64,000 nt of DNA, taken from contig OX597825.1 in NCBI GenBank assembly GCA_951406725.2, forward strand, positions 4,030,001 through 4,094,000. The letters are read 5' to 3'. Source of the DNA: Octopus vulgaris. Taxonomy: Eukaryota. A model generated the notes under the pieces. The model made no database searches, was not told the DNA's origin, and saw only the letters and a list, made by a program, of their open reading frames with translations. Positions 14,561-29,360 of the stretch are shown here, one piece after another (position 1 is the first letter of the stretch; the number at the start of each line of letters is the position of its first letter). The translations under genes and the position numbers were made by a program.

Positions 14561-15614
14561 ATAACTCCCGTAGCACATCGTCTAACCTTATATATTGAAT
14601 TTTATAAAAACTCTACCAAAATTTTTTCATTAGGTTAAGAAGTCAAGATTTGCTAATCGCTCTAGGAAGTATACTCAAATGCAACCCATTTCAATAAAAA
14701 GGACAATTTGTCACCCATTTTCCAGCGTGTAGCATCGATGCAACAATAGATCTACATGACCAAGTAAACAGAGGGAACATCGTTTCAGATTCGAAGTTGA
14801 TACAATATTAGGGACAAATTTAAATGAATATGTTTTCTTCTTATTCGATAGCTTTGATGACTTTTAAACGTTTTCTTAATCCTCGAATTGTCTCTCATCT
14901 CATCTTTTCCATTTATTTAACCCCAAATTTGTCTGTTTTGTCGTTCAAATAGACTTTGCTTCATCTTCACAGTCTCTCCTATTACATTTTGCTCACGTGG
15001 TCACATATTCCTTACTAAGTGCAGCTATATTTTTTAGCTTACAGAAGGTATATCTCTGTTGTCACATTAATTTCGATACTTCCAACATTTTACTAGGAAC
15101 GGATATTCCACACGACGGTACGTGTTCTGTATTGCTTTTATCGAATTTTCTACAAAATGTAAATATTTTCGATGCATACCAACACCAGCCTCATTGGAGA
15201 CTGTCTGACCATCCAGGCACGGAAGCACACACATACACACAAACTCGCACCCACCCACACACAAACACACTCCAATGCATACGCACATACAAAAAATTGT
15301 TACGCTATAAAACAAAAATATTTAAGCATATTCTTAATTGCACGTGCAAGTATTATAGCTTTAATTAGCAATTAACGCAATTAACACACACACGCCATAA
15401 ACATTGTATGTTGTCCCCTAACACCCATCTATGAATAAATACAACCCTTAAACAAGACTGATACTGTGAAAGTTATTTATATTTATACCGTTAGGATAAA
15501 AACAAAAACATTCTTACAGAACATAATTAGTTATTAAAAATAAATTTAACGGTTAATTATATCAAAAGTAATATTCTTGAATGTAAACTATAAGTGTGAA
15601 ATTATTCTTAATAT

Positions 15615-15677
<63 letters not shown>

Positions 15678-15680
15678 TTG

Positions 15681-15711
<31 letters not shown>

Positions 15712-15799
15712 ATATACTCATAAATATATACATACATTATATATATTGTTATTATTGTTATTATTATTATTATCATTATTATTATTATTATTATTATTC

Positions 15800-16200
15800 A
15801 GTAGTTTTAGTTTTATTTTTATAGCGTGCTTTCACTTCACTACCGAGCGCAGCTCTGTGTGCCTTGGGTATGTGCTGTGATTTGTTGTGATACTCTGATG
15901 GTTATTGTATGGAAAGTGTTCTGCGTAGGATGTGTGCAGTGCCTAGTAGTGCAATTTTCTGTATGTTATATATGTTTGTAAGTCCTGGTGTTTTTGTTAT
16001 GTATTTGTCTGAATATTTTTTTATCATGCCTAATGCACCTACTATGATAGGAATTGTTTCTGTTTTCAGATTCCACATTCTAGTTACCTCTATTTCCAGG
16101 TCTTTGTATTTTGAGAGTTTCTCCATTTCTTTTAGAGACACGTTGTCATCTGCCGGTACTGATACATCAATTAGAAAGCATTTTTTTTCTTCATGGTCTC
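15800..16200 (-). mobile_element. 5'-truncated R4/Dong-clade LINE 3' end (restriction-like endonuclease C-terminus plus 3'UTR)
   Basis: Uninterrupted frame DHEEKKCFLIDVSVPADDNVSLKEMEKLSKYKDLEIEVTRMWNLKTETIPIIVGALG...IQKIALLGTAHILRRTLSIQ* (ORF 15902-16141 extended); flanked on both sides by (TAA)n, the known Dong target. Confidence 0.9.
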
Positions 16201-16494
<294 letters not shown>

Positions 16495-17219
16495 GAGTGA
16501 GCGAGCAGAGCATGCCATCAAAGTGACACTGGGGTAAAATATACGAAGCCCAGTATACCCATCATGACTACCCGTCTGATAAGGGTACACCAGGCACATG
16601 CATCACAACCATATGTGCGCGATATGGTGATCTCATATCAAGATAAACAGCACATGACCTTGCAGGTGGAGCCCAGTTAGAATTTTCTTCAGATCGAGTA
16701 ACCCATCCTGCTCAAATGGTCCCTGAATAAGGGTTGTTTAAGGACGTTGAACGAAACACCCATGTTTCCAGAGGTGAATTATTCAAACCCCAAAGAATCC
16801 TTCTCAACACATGGCTATGATGCTCCCCCACTACTTCTGCTCGTGATCAGAGATGCACATATCGTCAGCCACTAAGGGACATGCTCAACTGGTTAAGGTC
16901 AAACAACTGACAAGCAAATCTGTGGTATTGAGCAGAATATTTGCTGTAGCCCATCTTTTATACCAAGACAAAGCAGTGTACATGATAACACTTCCAATCA
17001 GTTAAGATCAGAAGCCATGAGAGCCACTGCCTGGTACTGCATCAGGGCATTTATACTGCATCAGGGCATTGGTACTGCATCAGGGCATTTATACTGCATC
17101 AGGGCATTGGTACTGCATCAGGGCATTGGTACTGCATCAGGGCATTGGTACTGCATCAGGGCATTGGTACTGCATCAGGGCATTGGTACTGCATCAGGGC
17201 ATTGGTACTGCATCAGGGC

Positions 17220-17221
<2 letters not shown>
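16495..17221. mobile_element. Non-coding interspersed element embedded in (TAA)n, probably non-autonomous
   Basis: About 540-bp GC-balanced unique body with sharp boundaries against (TTA)n on both sides; no ORF; ends in a 19-bp tandem array. Confidence 0.65.
17032..17221. repeat. Ten tandem 19-bp units TGGTACTGCATCAGGGCAT
   Basis: Counted directly; units 2 and 4 start TTA instead of TGG; no spacers. Confidence 0.95.
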
Positions 17222-17269
<48 letters not shown>

Positions 17270-17270
<1 letters not shown>

Positions 17271-18020
17271 GGGGGTTTGGCTGAGGTGGTTAAGGAGGGG
17301 AGTAAGATACTTGGAGTTGTGAAAGTTATGCTGAGAGATAAAAGGTTGAGTATGAAAGCGAAAGGGGTGTGTATGACAGTGTGAGCGTGCCGACAATTTT
17401 ATATAGAGCAGAAACGTAGGAGCTGAGAGAGGCGGAAAGGAGGTGACTATATGTATTTGAGATGTGGTGTTTGAGGTCTAGGGACAGGATGAGGAATGAT
17501 GAGGTGCGAAAGCGAGCAGGTATGAGAGAAAAACTAACACCCAAAATGGATAGTCGAATTTTGAGGTGATTTGGCCACATGGAGAAGATGGATTAGGAGC
17601 GGATAGTAAGGAGGATGATGAAGGCAGAAGCAGAATGCAGCAGAACCAGGGGCGAACCTCGGTTTCTGTGGATGGATGGAGTAAGGGAAGCTTTCGTGGT
17701 TAGAAGTGTTGAATTAAGAGAAGAAAAGGGAGTTTATATATGACAAGAAAATTTGGAGATTGTTTGTGGATGGATGAGCGAATTTGATTTTGCTCAAAGG
17801 AGTACGGAACCAGCATGATGTGGCGGGGGTAAACCAACATACTCTGCCGGGCCCCGCTGCTGATATTGGGGGTTGCGTTCTATGCCTTCACCCAAGCATA
17901 GAATGGGGCTCGCTTCTTTGAGCAGAGAAATGAATGGAATGCCTGGTGTGCGTCTTGTTGTGGCTACCCCTGCCCAAAAAATGGGGAACAGGAGTGGGTA
18001 TATAAAACAAAGAAAGAACA
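17270..18020 (+). mobile_element. RTE-clade LINE 3' fragment with 3'UTR
   Basis: Reads VKEGSKILG..LSMKAK../VPTILYRAET*ELREAERR*LYVFEMWCLRS..RMRNDEVRKRAG...RILR*FGHMEKMD*ERIVRRMMKAE...RGEPRFLWMDGV, a typical RTE RT C-terminus. Confidence 0.85.
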
Positions 18021-18047
18021 ATATTTGTGTACACACACAGACACAGA

Positions 18048-18093
<46 letters not shown>

Positions 18094-18499
18094 TACAACC
18101 ATACTCACATACATACATGCATATATATCAGAAAAGGAAAATGGAGAAATTCATATGAAAACATCAATTTATTAAAACAAATCCAATTTCGAACAATATC
18201 GAACTAATACACCGTACGATCGTTTTCATTTTCAATTAATTCAAATTAGGTAATTGAAATATAGCTTCGTAATGAATGTAGTTAATTGAACATTTCGTCA
18301 GGATCACAACTTAATAGAAAAAAAACCCAATTCCATCCCAATGTGGTGATATATCATTGTTAAACTCAGCAATAAATTCAGGTTTGTGCATTCATGCATT
18401 CTAAGGTTCTTTTAAAAAGCCGTTAATTGTGTATATGCAGTTTGGTTTCAGTGTGTATTTGTGCGCGTGCGTGTGTTAATGTTATCCCCGAAATAAAAT

Positions 18500-18537
18500 G
18501 TATATATATATATATACATACATACCTACAAACATAC

Positions 18538-18583
<46 letters not shown>

Positions 18584-18762
18584 TAATATATATATATATG
18601 TATGTATGAATGTATGTATGTATATATGTAAGTATGTATGTATGTATGTATGTATGTATGTATGTATGTATGTATGAATGTATGTATGTGTGTATGTATG
18701 TATGTATGAATGTATGTATGTATGTATGTATGTATGTAAGTATGTGTGTATGTATGTATGTA
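18500..18762. repeat. (TA)n plus (TATG)n microsatellite
   Basis: Seen directly. Confidence 0.95.
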
Positions 18763-19939
18763 CATTGTTCGTTTAAGCTGTGCTGGTATTATATTTAATA
18801 GAGTGACTGTGTTCATTATGACTGAAGCTACAATCTATAGAGACCATTAATGGATACGCTAGTCATTGTGACACCATCCACATCGCTAATTCTATTTCTT
18901 ATTCTCCAAATGAAAATAAATAGGTTTCTCGGAAGCAGTGGTATTTCAACTGGCGACGATAGATATCTAATAATATTAGTTGGGGAAAATAGAGGAGCTG
19001 AATTGGTTTAATTGCACAGAAGATTAATCCAACAAAATACAACGCATTACACCATCAATTTTATAGGCAGCTTTTATATTTTACTTCACTATCACCATCT
19101 TGATGCTGGAACAAAAGGAGAAAACACTCGATAAACCTTGGGCCAAATGTAATTTATTCCTATATGGATATAATATCTATTACTTATTGATATATGTATT
19201 GTAAGTAAAAGCAAAGTTAAATGTTAGTGTGTTAAATATCCACTTTACAATGTGAGGAATTACTCACCACTGTATATTTTATGCATTACAAGAGAAAATG
19301 TGCTCAAAGTTTTCAGAAACATAAAGTAAGTGCACATGGTTGAAATCATCACGATTGGTTGCAGACATTCAATGCAATAGTCTCCTCTAAAGAAGCGAAA
19401 ACTAAGAAATATAGCATAATTCTTATGCAAGATTAAACAAAAGTGTATGAATTGAAATAGATCATGTTCGTTATAATTTGTTGATACAATGAGATGAATT
19501 TGATATTTCTCAGGCTCCGTTCAATGCACACATCTTGAAATATTTCAGCACCGTTTGCAATCTATAATTCACTAAATAAAACCCTATAGATTTTATTCAT
19601 ATTATATGCGCCAAATCATAAAAATTGTTATAAGCATGTCTATGCATAGAGTCATCTATAAATTGGTATAAATTAAGACAATACGCAAAAGTAAGACATG
19701 CACTAAAATTCGTATCTATTGTGGCAATGAAGCTATAAATTGTAAAGGAATTTAAGGTCATGCGCTACCAAATCGAAAGATACGTTTTTGAGGATATGCA
19801 TAAATATACACATATTCTAGTATAATTATATTACACATATATATGTATGTATAAAAAGGACAGCTATGTGTATACACACACACGCATATATTTATATATA
19901 TGAATTTATGTATGTAAGTAAAGATATATACTTGCATAT

Positions 19940-19941
19940 AT

Positions 19942-19999
<58 letters not shown>

Positions 20000-20140
20000 A
20001 TGTATATATATATATATACATATATGCATACATATATGGAAATATATGTATGTCTGTATGTTCATATTTACTCACTCACATAGTCGGGTTTATTTACGTG
20101 AATGAGAATATATGTGTATTTATATCTATCTATCTATCTA

Positions 20141-20186
<46 letters not shown>

Positions 20187-21142
20187 CATATATATATATG
20201 TTCATCTATGTTCTTCTTTCTATATATAATATATATATATATATATATAAAGAGACAGATTTATACGTGTGTGTGTATATGTACGTGTATGTGTTGCCCT
20301 CATATATGTGTGTAAGCGTGTATGTATGCCGTCATTCAGAGAGAGTGAGACAGAGAACGAGCTACACAGGCAGAAAATTTGCAGAGTGAAAATGAAAATT
20401 GTGCAGAGTTTTATGCTAATAAATTCATACAATGCTCAGTTTAATTCAACGTATGACATGAGAATGCATTTTCAGACTTTTGAAACGGATGAATTATGTG
20501 CATTGATGTAATTTTCTAAAATATTGCAAAAGTTGGTACAGAATAAATGTGACAGCCGAGCAATAGAGTGTTTGATCGAGTTTGAAACTTTTAAAGTTAG
20601 GTTATATAAAACAGGGGAAAATAATGTGAAATTAATGCAACAGGAATGGAATAAACATATCGTTTAAGTGAAACTTGTCTCTCTCTCTATCTCTATCTCA
20701 CTCTCAGACACACACATGCACATACAAAAACACACATACACACACACGTAAACACATACACACATATATATTTATATATACATGCACACACGCACATTTA
20801 TGGAATTACACATATGCGCACATAATCACACAAAGCTATATGTATGTGCACATACAAATATATATATACATATATACATATATGTATATATAAAAATATA
20901 TATATATATACATATGTACATATATATATACATATATACATATATATATACACACACATATATATACGTATATATACATATATATATATATATATTTGCA
21001 TAAATATATATACCAATATACATACATATATATATATATTATGTGTGTAATTTTAAAATAGGCTAAACTTTTATAAGAATTTATCAAGTAGTTAGAGTGA
21101 AAAACCTCATAAGGGAAAAATATATTTACTAATTATTCCCTT

Positions 21143-21203
<61 letters not shown>
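19940..21203. repeat. Several low-complexity TA/CA tracts (19940-20250, 20700-21050, 21145-21203)
   Basis: Seen directly. Confidence 0.9.
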
Positions 21204-21207
<4 letters not shown>

Positions 21208-21574
21208 GACAGGCTTCTTTCAGTTTCCGTCTGCTAAACCAGTTCTCATGTAATCTCTTCCGTTGGTAAGTATTATTGTGTTTTCAAATCAAATGTAATT
21301 TCCTTTCTTGTTTCCCTTGTTCAGTAGCGTGATGACTTCAGGGCGTGTATAATGTTTACGAATCTCTACATTCTCCAGGGTTGCTCTTCTGCTGAGAGAG
21401 TAATCTTTATTTATTTCCAGTAATGTGAGATAATTTTTTGATGAATTTCTAGAATGCAGTTTATACCATTTTTGATATAACTTTGAATTAGCTGTTCGAA
21501 AGGCTACAAATGTTATTCTCAAGAACGGGAAAATAAGGAATACATTATTTTAGGTACGAAATTACGTTATCATT

Positions 21575-21597
21575 TGCATCATTTTCATCATCATCGA

Positions 21598-21677
<80 letters not shown>

Positions 21678-21832
21678 CCATCACCATCATCATCATCATC
21701 ATCATCATCATCATTATCATCATCATCACCATCCATCATCATCATCCTCATCATCATCATCATCATCATCACCATCCATCATCATCATCATCATTATTAT
21801 TATTATTATTATTATTTTATAGGAGCAGCAGC

Positions 21833-21887
<55 letters not shown>

Positions 21888-21888
21888 A
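21575..21888. repeat. Compound (CAT)n-(TAT)n-(TAG)n trinucleotide microsatellite
   Basis: Seen directly. Confidence 0.95.
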
Positions 21889-21889
21889 T

Positions 21890-22055
21890 ATTCGTCGAGA
21901 TCGACTTTGCTTTTCATCCTTTCGTCCTTTCGGGTTCGATAAATTAAGTTCCTGTGAAACACTGGGGTCGATGTAATCGACTAGTCCCCTCCCCCAAATT
22001 GAAGGTCTTGTGCTTGCAGTAAAAAGGTTTATTATTATTATTATTATTATTATTA
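21890..22055 (+). mobile_element. 5'-truncated SINE, same family as 1840, with (TAT)n tail
   Basis: TCGACTTTGCTTTTCATCCTTTCG...GATAAATTAAGTTCC...ACTGGGGTCGATGTAATCGACT. Confidence 0.8.
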
Positions 22056-22189
22056 AACTTCTTAAAACCAGTGATCATCTGAAGGCCTCTTGCCCATAGC
22101 GAAGGCTTTAAAAGAGAGTCCCACTTTTACTGATACCACCACCACCACCACTACTACCACCACTACCAGGTCACTTACATTTACATTAC

Positions 22190-23030
22190 AAGAATAAAAT
22201 TAGAATAAAATAGATGCTAATGTCAGCAAAAGGAGATGAGAAAGTAAGATGAAACAGTTAGGAAGATGGAAAGATTTCCAGGAGTATTGGGTACAAGCTG
22301 GACCAGAGGAAAATGATGGCTTGTTAGTATTTTATGAAGATTTAAATAAAACGTGCCGTAGCGCACAAAGAAATACCAGACTCATTGGAAGAATTAAGCG
22401 TGGAAGATAGAACTGTTCCTAAAGAACACTCGTGTTCTTAGCAGGAAACTGTTTGCTGAGGCTAAGATGAAAAGGCTTAAATGCACTAAGGATAAACTAA
22501 ATAGGTATATACAGGAGACATAGAGTAAACCAAAACTAGAAAAACCGTCCCCGTTCATAAGTGGTTTGAAACGCACAACGGAAGAAATAACTAAATTCCG
22601 CTTCTATGATTTTAGCAGAAAAGAAGTAGACAACTTCATGAAGAAGACAAAGGCAATTAGTACAATAGGAGGTGAAGGAGTGCCATGAAAAGTGGACTAG
22701 TATTGTACTCAGGTAATAAGCTTTAACTACTACTTAGAAAGTTGTGTCGTAAAGGCGAGCTGGTTGACGACTGCTGCAAAGTGGAAAGAATTTACCTCCA
22801 GGAGAAAGGTGAAGCCAGTGTAGACTGATTTCAGTCTTAAAGTTCGATGGCATGATGGAGATGGGTGTTTACAGTTTACAGCAACATACGTACAGCATAA
22901 CAGTTTTGTCATTAAAAGTGTCAAGAAGGCTACAATCCCCAGAATTCTTGGTTGTGTATAACATGCAGCTTCAATCTGGAATGCGATACAAGATGTGAAG
23001 AAGAATAAAACGCAGTTGGAAGCCTAGGTT
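22190..23030 (+). mobile_element. HERO-like (R2 group) non-LTR retrotransposon fragment, decayed
   Basis: Reads WVQAGPEENDGLLVFYEDL../LFLKNTRVLSRKLFAEAK..LKCTKDKLNRYIQET*S...EVDNFMKKTKAISTIGGEGVP*KVD*YC and KSVKKATIPRILGCV*HAASIWNAIQDVKKNK, resembling HERO KKARAKSAPG.DGVSYKVYKYC and SVQKAGIPGFPGCIEH..IW. Confidence 0.75.
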
Positions 23031-23239
23031 TGAGAGTTTTGATGCATCTTTCTCTAATTCGCTGTAAATTTACATTTCCTGTAAAACATTTCAGTTTCTG
23101 CTGCGATTCAATCGAATTATTGTAAATCTTAATATTTTTGCAGCACTTAGGTTACGGTCTCGCTGATGCACTTCCAGAAGGGCTTCGTTGAACGAATGGA
23201 CATTAGTACTAATTGATCATAGCTGAACGGTTATCCCAT

Positions 23240-23512
23240 AGGTTTCTTTTACCGAACTGGTGAGTTACTGGGAAGTAAACAAAGAGACACCGGTTTTCAA
23301 ATGCATATGGAAATAACATCAACACCTATACACGCAGACACACATACGAACACACCCTCCACACACACACGCGCACGCACACACACACTTATAGAGACAT
23401 GAGTGTGTCAGACAAGTTCCTTCGCAAGCGAATGGTAAATATGAGACTATAGGGATTGATCCTAAAACCAAGCGCTTGCAAAGTTAGCTTCTTAACCACA
23501 CCGTTACACCTG
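23240..23512 (-). mobile_element. tRNA-headed SINE (OR-type) with internal CA repeat
   Basis: Reverse complement begins CAGGTGTAACGGTGTGGTTAAGAAGCT...GGATCAATCCC (A/B-box-like head). Confidence 0.65.
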
Positions 23513-24514
23513 TTTAAATAATTCGAGTCGGTCTCCAACCATTTGGAAGAAGCATCGAATTAAAAATCGCAATATATTATATAGAGAATAAAATATATTT
23601 TCTCATTTGAAATGACACCCATTAAAAGACGACAATATAGAAAGAATGATAATTCCTTCAAGAGAGAAGTAATGGAATAAAATTTGATATTTAGATTGAT
23701 TACAATTAAATGGAGTTAAGGAGGCATGAGTGAGCCGGAATTTGAGAGTGTAACAATTTGTTTCGCTTTATTAAACAGCCTAGAAGGTCATAAAGCAACT
23801 GTAAGAGATTATGTGTAGGAAAATAATTCAGTGATAGGAGAATTTAAAATAATTGCATTGGTGAATCTGCCGCTTATAATATGCATTATACATATACATA
23901 TCCACTGTTGTACACGAATTAATAGATTGTTACACGTCGGTAACTAGATTCATCACGTTCAGTAATAAGAATTAATTAATAAGAATATGCTATACCCTAT
24001 TTAGACAACCAAACAAAATTTAACTTCTGCAGCGTTATCGATTGTCATTATATTGTAACGAGATGGTGAATGAGAACTTCGATAGTGCACAGATGAACAG
24101 ATCTTACTCTATTCATTTGGTTCATTTACATTACGTATTCCCTGCACAATGCCAAATATTTTATTTTATCCCTCCAGAGTCAATAAAACATTTCAATTCT
24201 GTAAGTGCATCATTGTATTTGCTTGCAGATTAAAAAGAAAATATTAATTTTACGAAGTTATGAAACGCTTGCATTAAAATTGTATACCTGTGTGAGAAAG
24301 GCGAGTGGATATGTGTGTGTGTATGTGTGAAGGTAGAAATGCTAGTGTAAATATGTGTTTCCATGTGTGCGTGTGTGTGTGTGTTTGTATAGATGCATTT
24401 GCGAATGAATGTGTGGAGCAGACAGATAGATCGACTGACAGTGAAGAAGACAGACAAGCAGATAGAAAGACAGCCAGACCGGCACAAAGGTAGATCCAAA
24501 AACAGGCAGCAACA

Positions 24515-24712
<198 letters not shown>

Positions 24713-27700
24713 TTTGAAATATAAGCTGTGAAATGTCGTGAATGTTTTCTTTCTTGAACTGGCAGAATTGTGAACACATCGCATAAAATGCTTGGATTTC
24801 ACTAATCTCATCTCCTGAAATGACTGGCATTGTGCCAAAATTTGAAATCAATAATTATTCAATAACCACATCAAAGCAAACCGTTCAACCAGCCGCTGCT
24901 CAGGCTGTGGTTCTATACATGAGAAGTCATTATTTAAAATTTAAATGTCACGTCGATATGCTTTTTCTTTTATTAAAATAATCTAGATTCTAAATAAAGA
25001 AAATTGGTTGATAGTGAGTCTTAACACAGTGAACTTTTTCAAAATTGTCATGAGGCCAATAACATGAAGGGAAGCTGTTCAGCCCACTATATATGAAACT
25101 TCCAATGGAATCGGACATCATAATTAATTAAACTTTTTGTAATCAAACACTTTCACATTAGAGTAAGCACAATGAACTCTTCCATAGTACATACCTCATG
25201 TTGACACCTATCCGCCTGACTGAACGCTGTTTCACCTCCAAAGTGAATATTGCAGGTGATATTTAAACAACTAACAGTTCTTTGGATTTTCCATGTGATG
25301 AATGTTGCTTTAAGTATTTTATTTCGATTTTCACTGACGTAGTGGTAAGAACAACGGGATACGTAACAGTTGTTTCGAATAAAAATAAAAATGGAAGTTT
25401 TAATCCTCCGATGGACAGGAAATAAGGATTACAAAAATAGCGATTCTCACTTCTAAATCCCTTTCATATTTTCTCAGTAACATGACATTCCCAAATCTAT
25501 AATATGCATTTCCTGTGATTTCGTGTACTTTACAGTCATATCTGAAATTTTTGCTTCAACAGTATACTAATATTTATGGAGAAATCTAGAAAAGATCCTG
25601 TGGAACATCCCATTGCAACGTTTTACTAGAACCACGAGGTTACTATGTTTTTATTTTTTTGAGCTCGCTTAAAATATTCACTTTGTAGGTGGTTAATAAA
25701 CTCCAACTCAAGTTCACACATTTTGCGCTTGTTGTTTGTCTGCGTTTCAGCAATTTTTGTATGATACATGTTCGTATAAATATTTCTCTGTCTACTTGCC
25801 TATTTTCATTTCCTTTTGTTCGTGAAGTATTCAAGCTCTCGTTGGCTTCTTCGACATTTTTTGCCACAGATATTATCATTTCTTCCCCATACACAACAGA
25901 CTTTCAAATTCAATATTGAAGCACTGATGCTGTACCTTACATTGAGAAATCTTCTGTCTCCTTCCCTTTTGGCAGTACTGACAGACTTGCGATAAACAAG
26001 CGATACGACTTACTCGGTGAGTAACAGTCATGTAGTGGAGCTTATGGTAAAAAAGAATTAACGATCTCCATTCAAAATTGCTGGATTTCTAGTGGACTTT
26101 TATTGTTCTATTTTACAGTGATTTATATTCTACCCTAGTTATTCGCATTGATAAAATGAAGGAAACACTTCCAGTGCATTTCCATTATAATTCTGTCGTT
26201 TCTCAGATCAGATATCTCTGGGATTCGCTTTCATTTCCTCTTACAATCGATGAAATCATTACAATTAAAATTCTGAAGTCGATTCAATTAATTAGAAATA
26301 TTTTCAGTAATATTTGTTTTGTGCGGATTTTCGCATGTTGATATTATTCATGGCCATCTTAATTCGGGTGCATCAGAATTGTTACAGAAACAGATTAGAA
26401 CTCTTCTACAATAAAGAATCGTGCCTTTCAGTTATGATGCTCACATCGATAATGTTAAATTTTCTTCTTAATCAGTCGATAAGTAATGGAGATGAAATGA
26501 TTTCAAATGACTATACCATCCCCAAAATGTTGTGAACTTCTGTCAATGTCGATTATACATTATTGCTCCAATTTCTACAACGGACATTATTATCAACATG
26601 AACGTCTCTGAGATGATTCATAGTTTATGTTCAAAATCTGAAACATGCATTCTAATATGTCAGGAATTCTAATTAGCAGATAAATGACGTAGGATGAAGC
26701 ATAAATCGGGTTAGAATTTCTCTACCGCAGATGATGACAATCACGGCGCATTAAAACTGAATATGCTAGAATGCTTCATAACTGTCTTTATATCAGTTTT
26801 GTCCAATTATATGTATTATAATCGTAGTGTGTAATTTATGGGCAATCACAAATTAAATTCAAAATGCTAAAAGAGAAAGAGGGTTAGCGAGAATATTTTT
26901 TCCCATTTTCTTTTTTGTCAATTCATCATTAAATTTGTATTCGTTGTAAAACTTGAAACTAAATTATTTGCTTCGCAACTCTATCGAGCATAAAAGTGCT
27001 CATAAAATGTCAATAAATTATATCTTTTGTTTGGTTCCATTTTATGTTAGCTATCAATAATCAATTATTATTTTCTATTGATTATATAAATCAATATTAA
27101 TGATTAAGATGTTTCTTAGAGGCAATTTGTAAATCATGTTATGGTTTCTCCTTGATAATGTCATTCAGGCTATTACTGCAGAGACTCTGTCCATTAAAGA
27201 CTTGAGATTTAGGCCACATTGTCTCTGATTTTATTGATTGGTCTACTATTATGATCATTGATTTCCTCGTCAATATTACACGTCCTCCGTTTCTATCATC
27301 TAATTAACCATATATGTTAATTATACTCATACGTTTTATAACAAAATTTTCTGAATGTTAGCATATCTTTTTTACATCGATTTACAAAAAGGTGGTGGGG
27401 GGGTGATTCGAAAATATCCCATTTATTCTCTTCATTCAATGGTTCATTGATTTCTATTTCTTCTCACTTAAATGTAAATGAGAAAAAATAAACCGAAATG
27501 ATGGCCATATAAGAGGCACACTTATATGAAACATAACAAACTCGTAACGCCGTTTCTGAGATAATTTTTTAAAGAAATAAAAGATCCTTTTCACTGAAGC
27601 TGTTTAGAGAAACATTATTACGAAAGCGATCGATGAGCTTGCATTTCATTAGATTCGATCAGAAACCTATTGCCTCCTACAGACATTTAGTCTACAATAT

Positions 27701-27940
27701 CACGTGACAGTCGCATATATGTCGTAATACACCAAATATTTCTTCATTGAGCTTGTTTAATCCACTTTAGTAATAACATGAAATGTGTCACGTAAATTTT
27801 GATTCTAAACCAACTTGTAAAGCTATACAGTGGTGACTGCGAAAATTCCTGGAAATATGAGGACCCCTGTACCCCATCGCTCACTTTGCTGAATTACAAG
27901 CAGTGAATTTTGCCTCACATAAAATGACGCCATCATCTAA

Positions 27941-27986
<46 letters not shown>

Positions 27987-27999
27987 ATATATATATATA

Positions 28000-28760
28000 G
28001 AACATTACGTAAATAGTTATCAGGGTAGCAAAAATTCATATAAGTGCCAAGAATGTTACAGCCTGCTCATAAAGGTAGATGTTCCAGAGTTTAGTGAAAT
28101 ATCTTTGTTAACATAGTTCAATTAAGAAATGGAGCCAAAGGCAAGTGTTATTCAAATCTTTATACTTCCGACATATGTTTCGAAGCAAACATTAGCATTA
28201 TTTCTGAGGGAATAAAATGACGAAGGGAACGTATATGATGAATTGGAACGCTAGCAAGTTTTCTTTTTAAAAGAAACCTGTTAATATACTTAACGTCAAA
28301 AGCAATTTAGAGAAAGAGAAAGTGGAGAAAGAAAGAAATTAACAGAAAACTAATAGGGGAGAAATATAGTGTGATAGACGAATGGGAATAAAGCTTATAG
28401 ATGTGGAAATAAATATATGTAGTGGAAATGAAATGTATGAAGACAGTTAAAAGTCAAATTGGTAGAAGCAACTTATAGGATCTAAAGGTATGTTTTTCCA
28501 ATGTTTGCAACAATAAATGCGTTCTTTAAAAGGTGAGAGACTGTTCCTCGGTACAGAGCGGATAAAAGGATTTACCTTTATCATATGAGTTTTTATAACA
28601 TAGAAGCGGTGTTCCCGTTATGCAGCGAGAAGAGAACGAAGAGGGAGTGTAGGAAAGAAAAAAATTAGAGTTGAGGAATAGCAAGAAAAACAGCAGAAAC
28701 ACGCGTAGGAAGGGGAGATATTTGTTCCCATAGATGTATTGATAATTCACCAACAATAAC
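28000..28760 (-). mobile_element. Decayed Penelope-like 3' end with half of a hammerhead motif
   Basis: ORF 28526-28756 ends KNSYDKGKSFYPLCTEEQSLTF (Penelope C-terminal Y...KRCNLCLTEK); minus strand 28165-28186 reads CTTCGAAACATATGTCGGAAG (GAAA-stem III-GTC). Confidence 0.5.
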
Positions 28761-29059
28761 GACGAGTTAAATACACCAGTATATTATTCATTTTAGTATA
28801 TTTGCGATATATTATGTGTCCATTTCACAGATATTGGTTTTATCTCCAGGTAATTACTAATTAGCAGCAGAGCCATTGATGGTAACACATGTTTCACATT
28901 GTTATATTTAGTGTCAGTAATTATTTACGGCAAATCATATACACACATGAATGGACACATACATAAGTATATATGTTTGTATATGCACGAACACACAAAC
29001 AACTTTATATATTTATACACAGACATATATATAAATACATACATACACACCTATATATA

Positions 29060-29140
<81 letters not shown>

Positions 29141-29360
29141 CACTTGAACTTGTTTTTATGTAATTGCTGCTTAGATGGTACTTAAATCAAATAATATTAG
29201 CTATAGATATTCCCAATATGGCCTCTATCATTAACTTACCGTTTGGCAAGCAATTGTTATTTAGTATATATATATATATATATATAAATATATCCACTGC
29301 TATATACATATACATAATATATATATACATATATATCCATTACTATATATATGTATATGT

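Noticed and set aside
17032-17221. CRISPR-like array
   Set aside because: Units are directly adjacent with no spacers, there are no cas genes, and the context is eukaryotic
21545-21822. Poly-His/poly-Asp ORFs
   Set aside because: (CAT)n microsatellite
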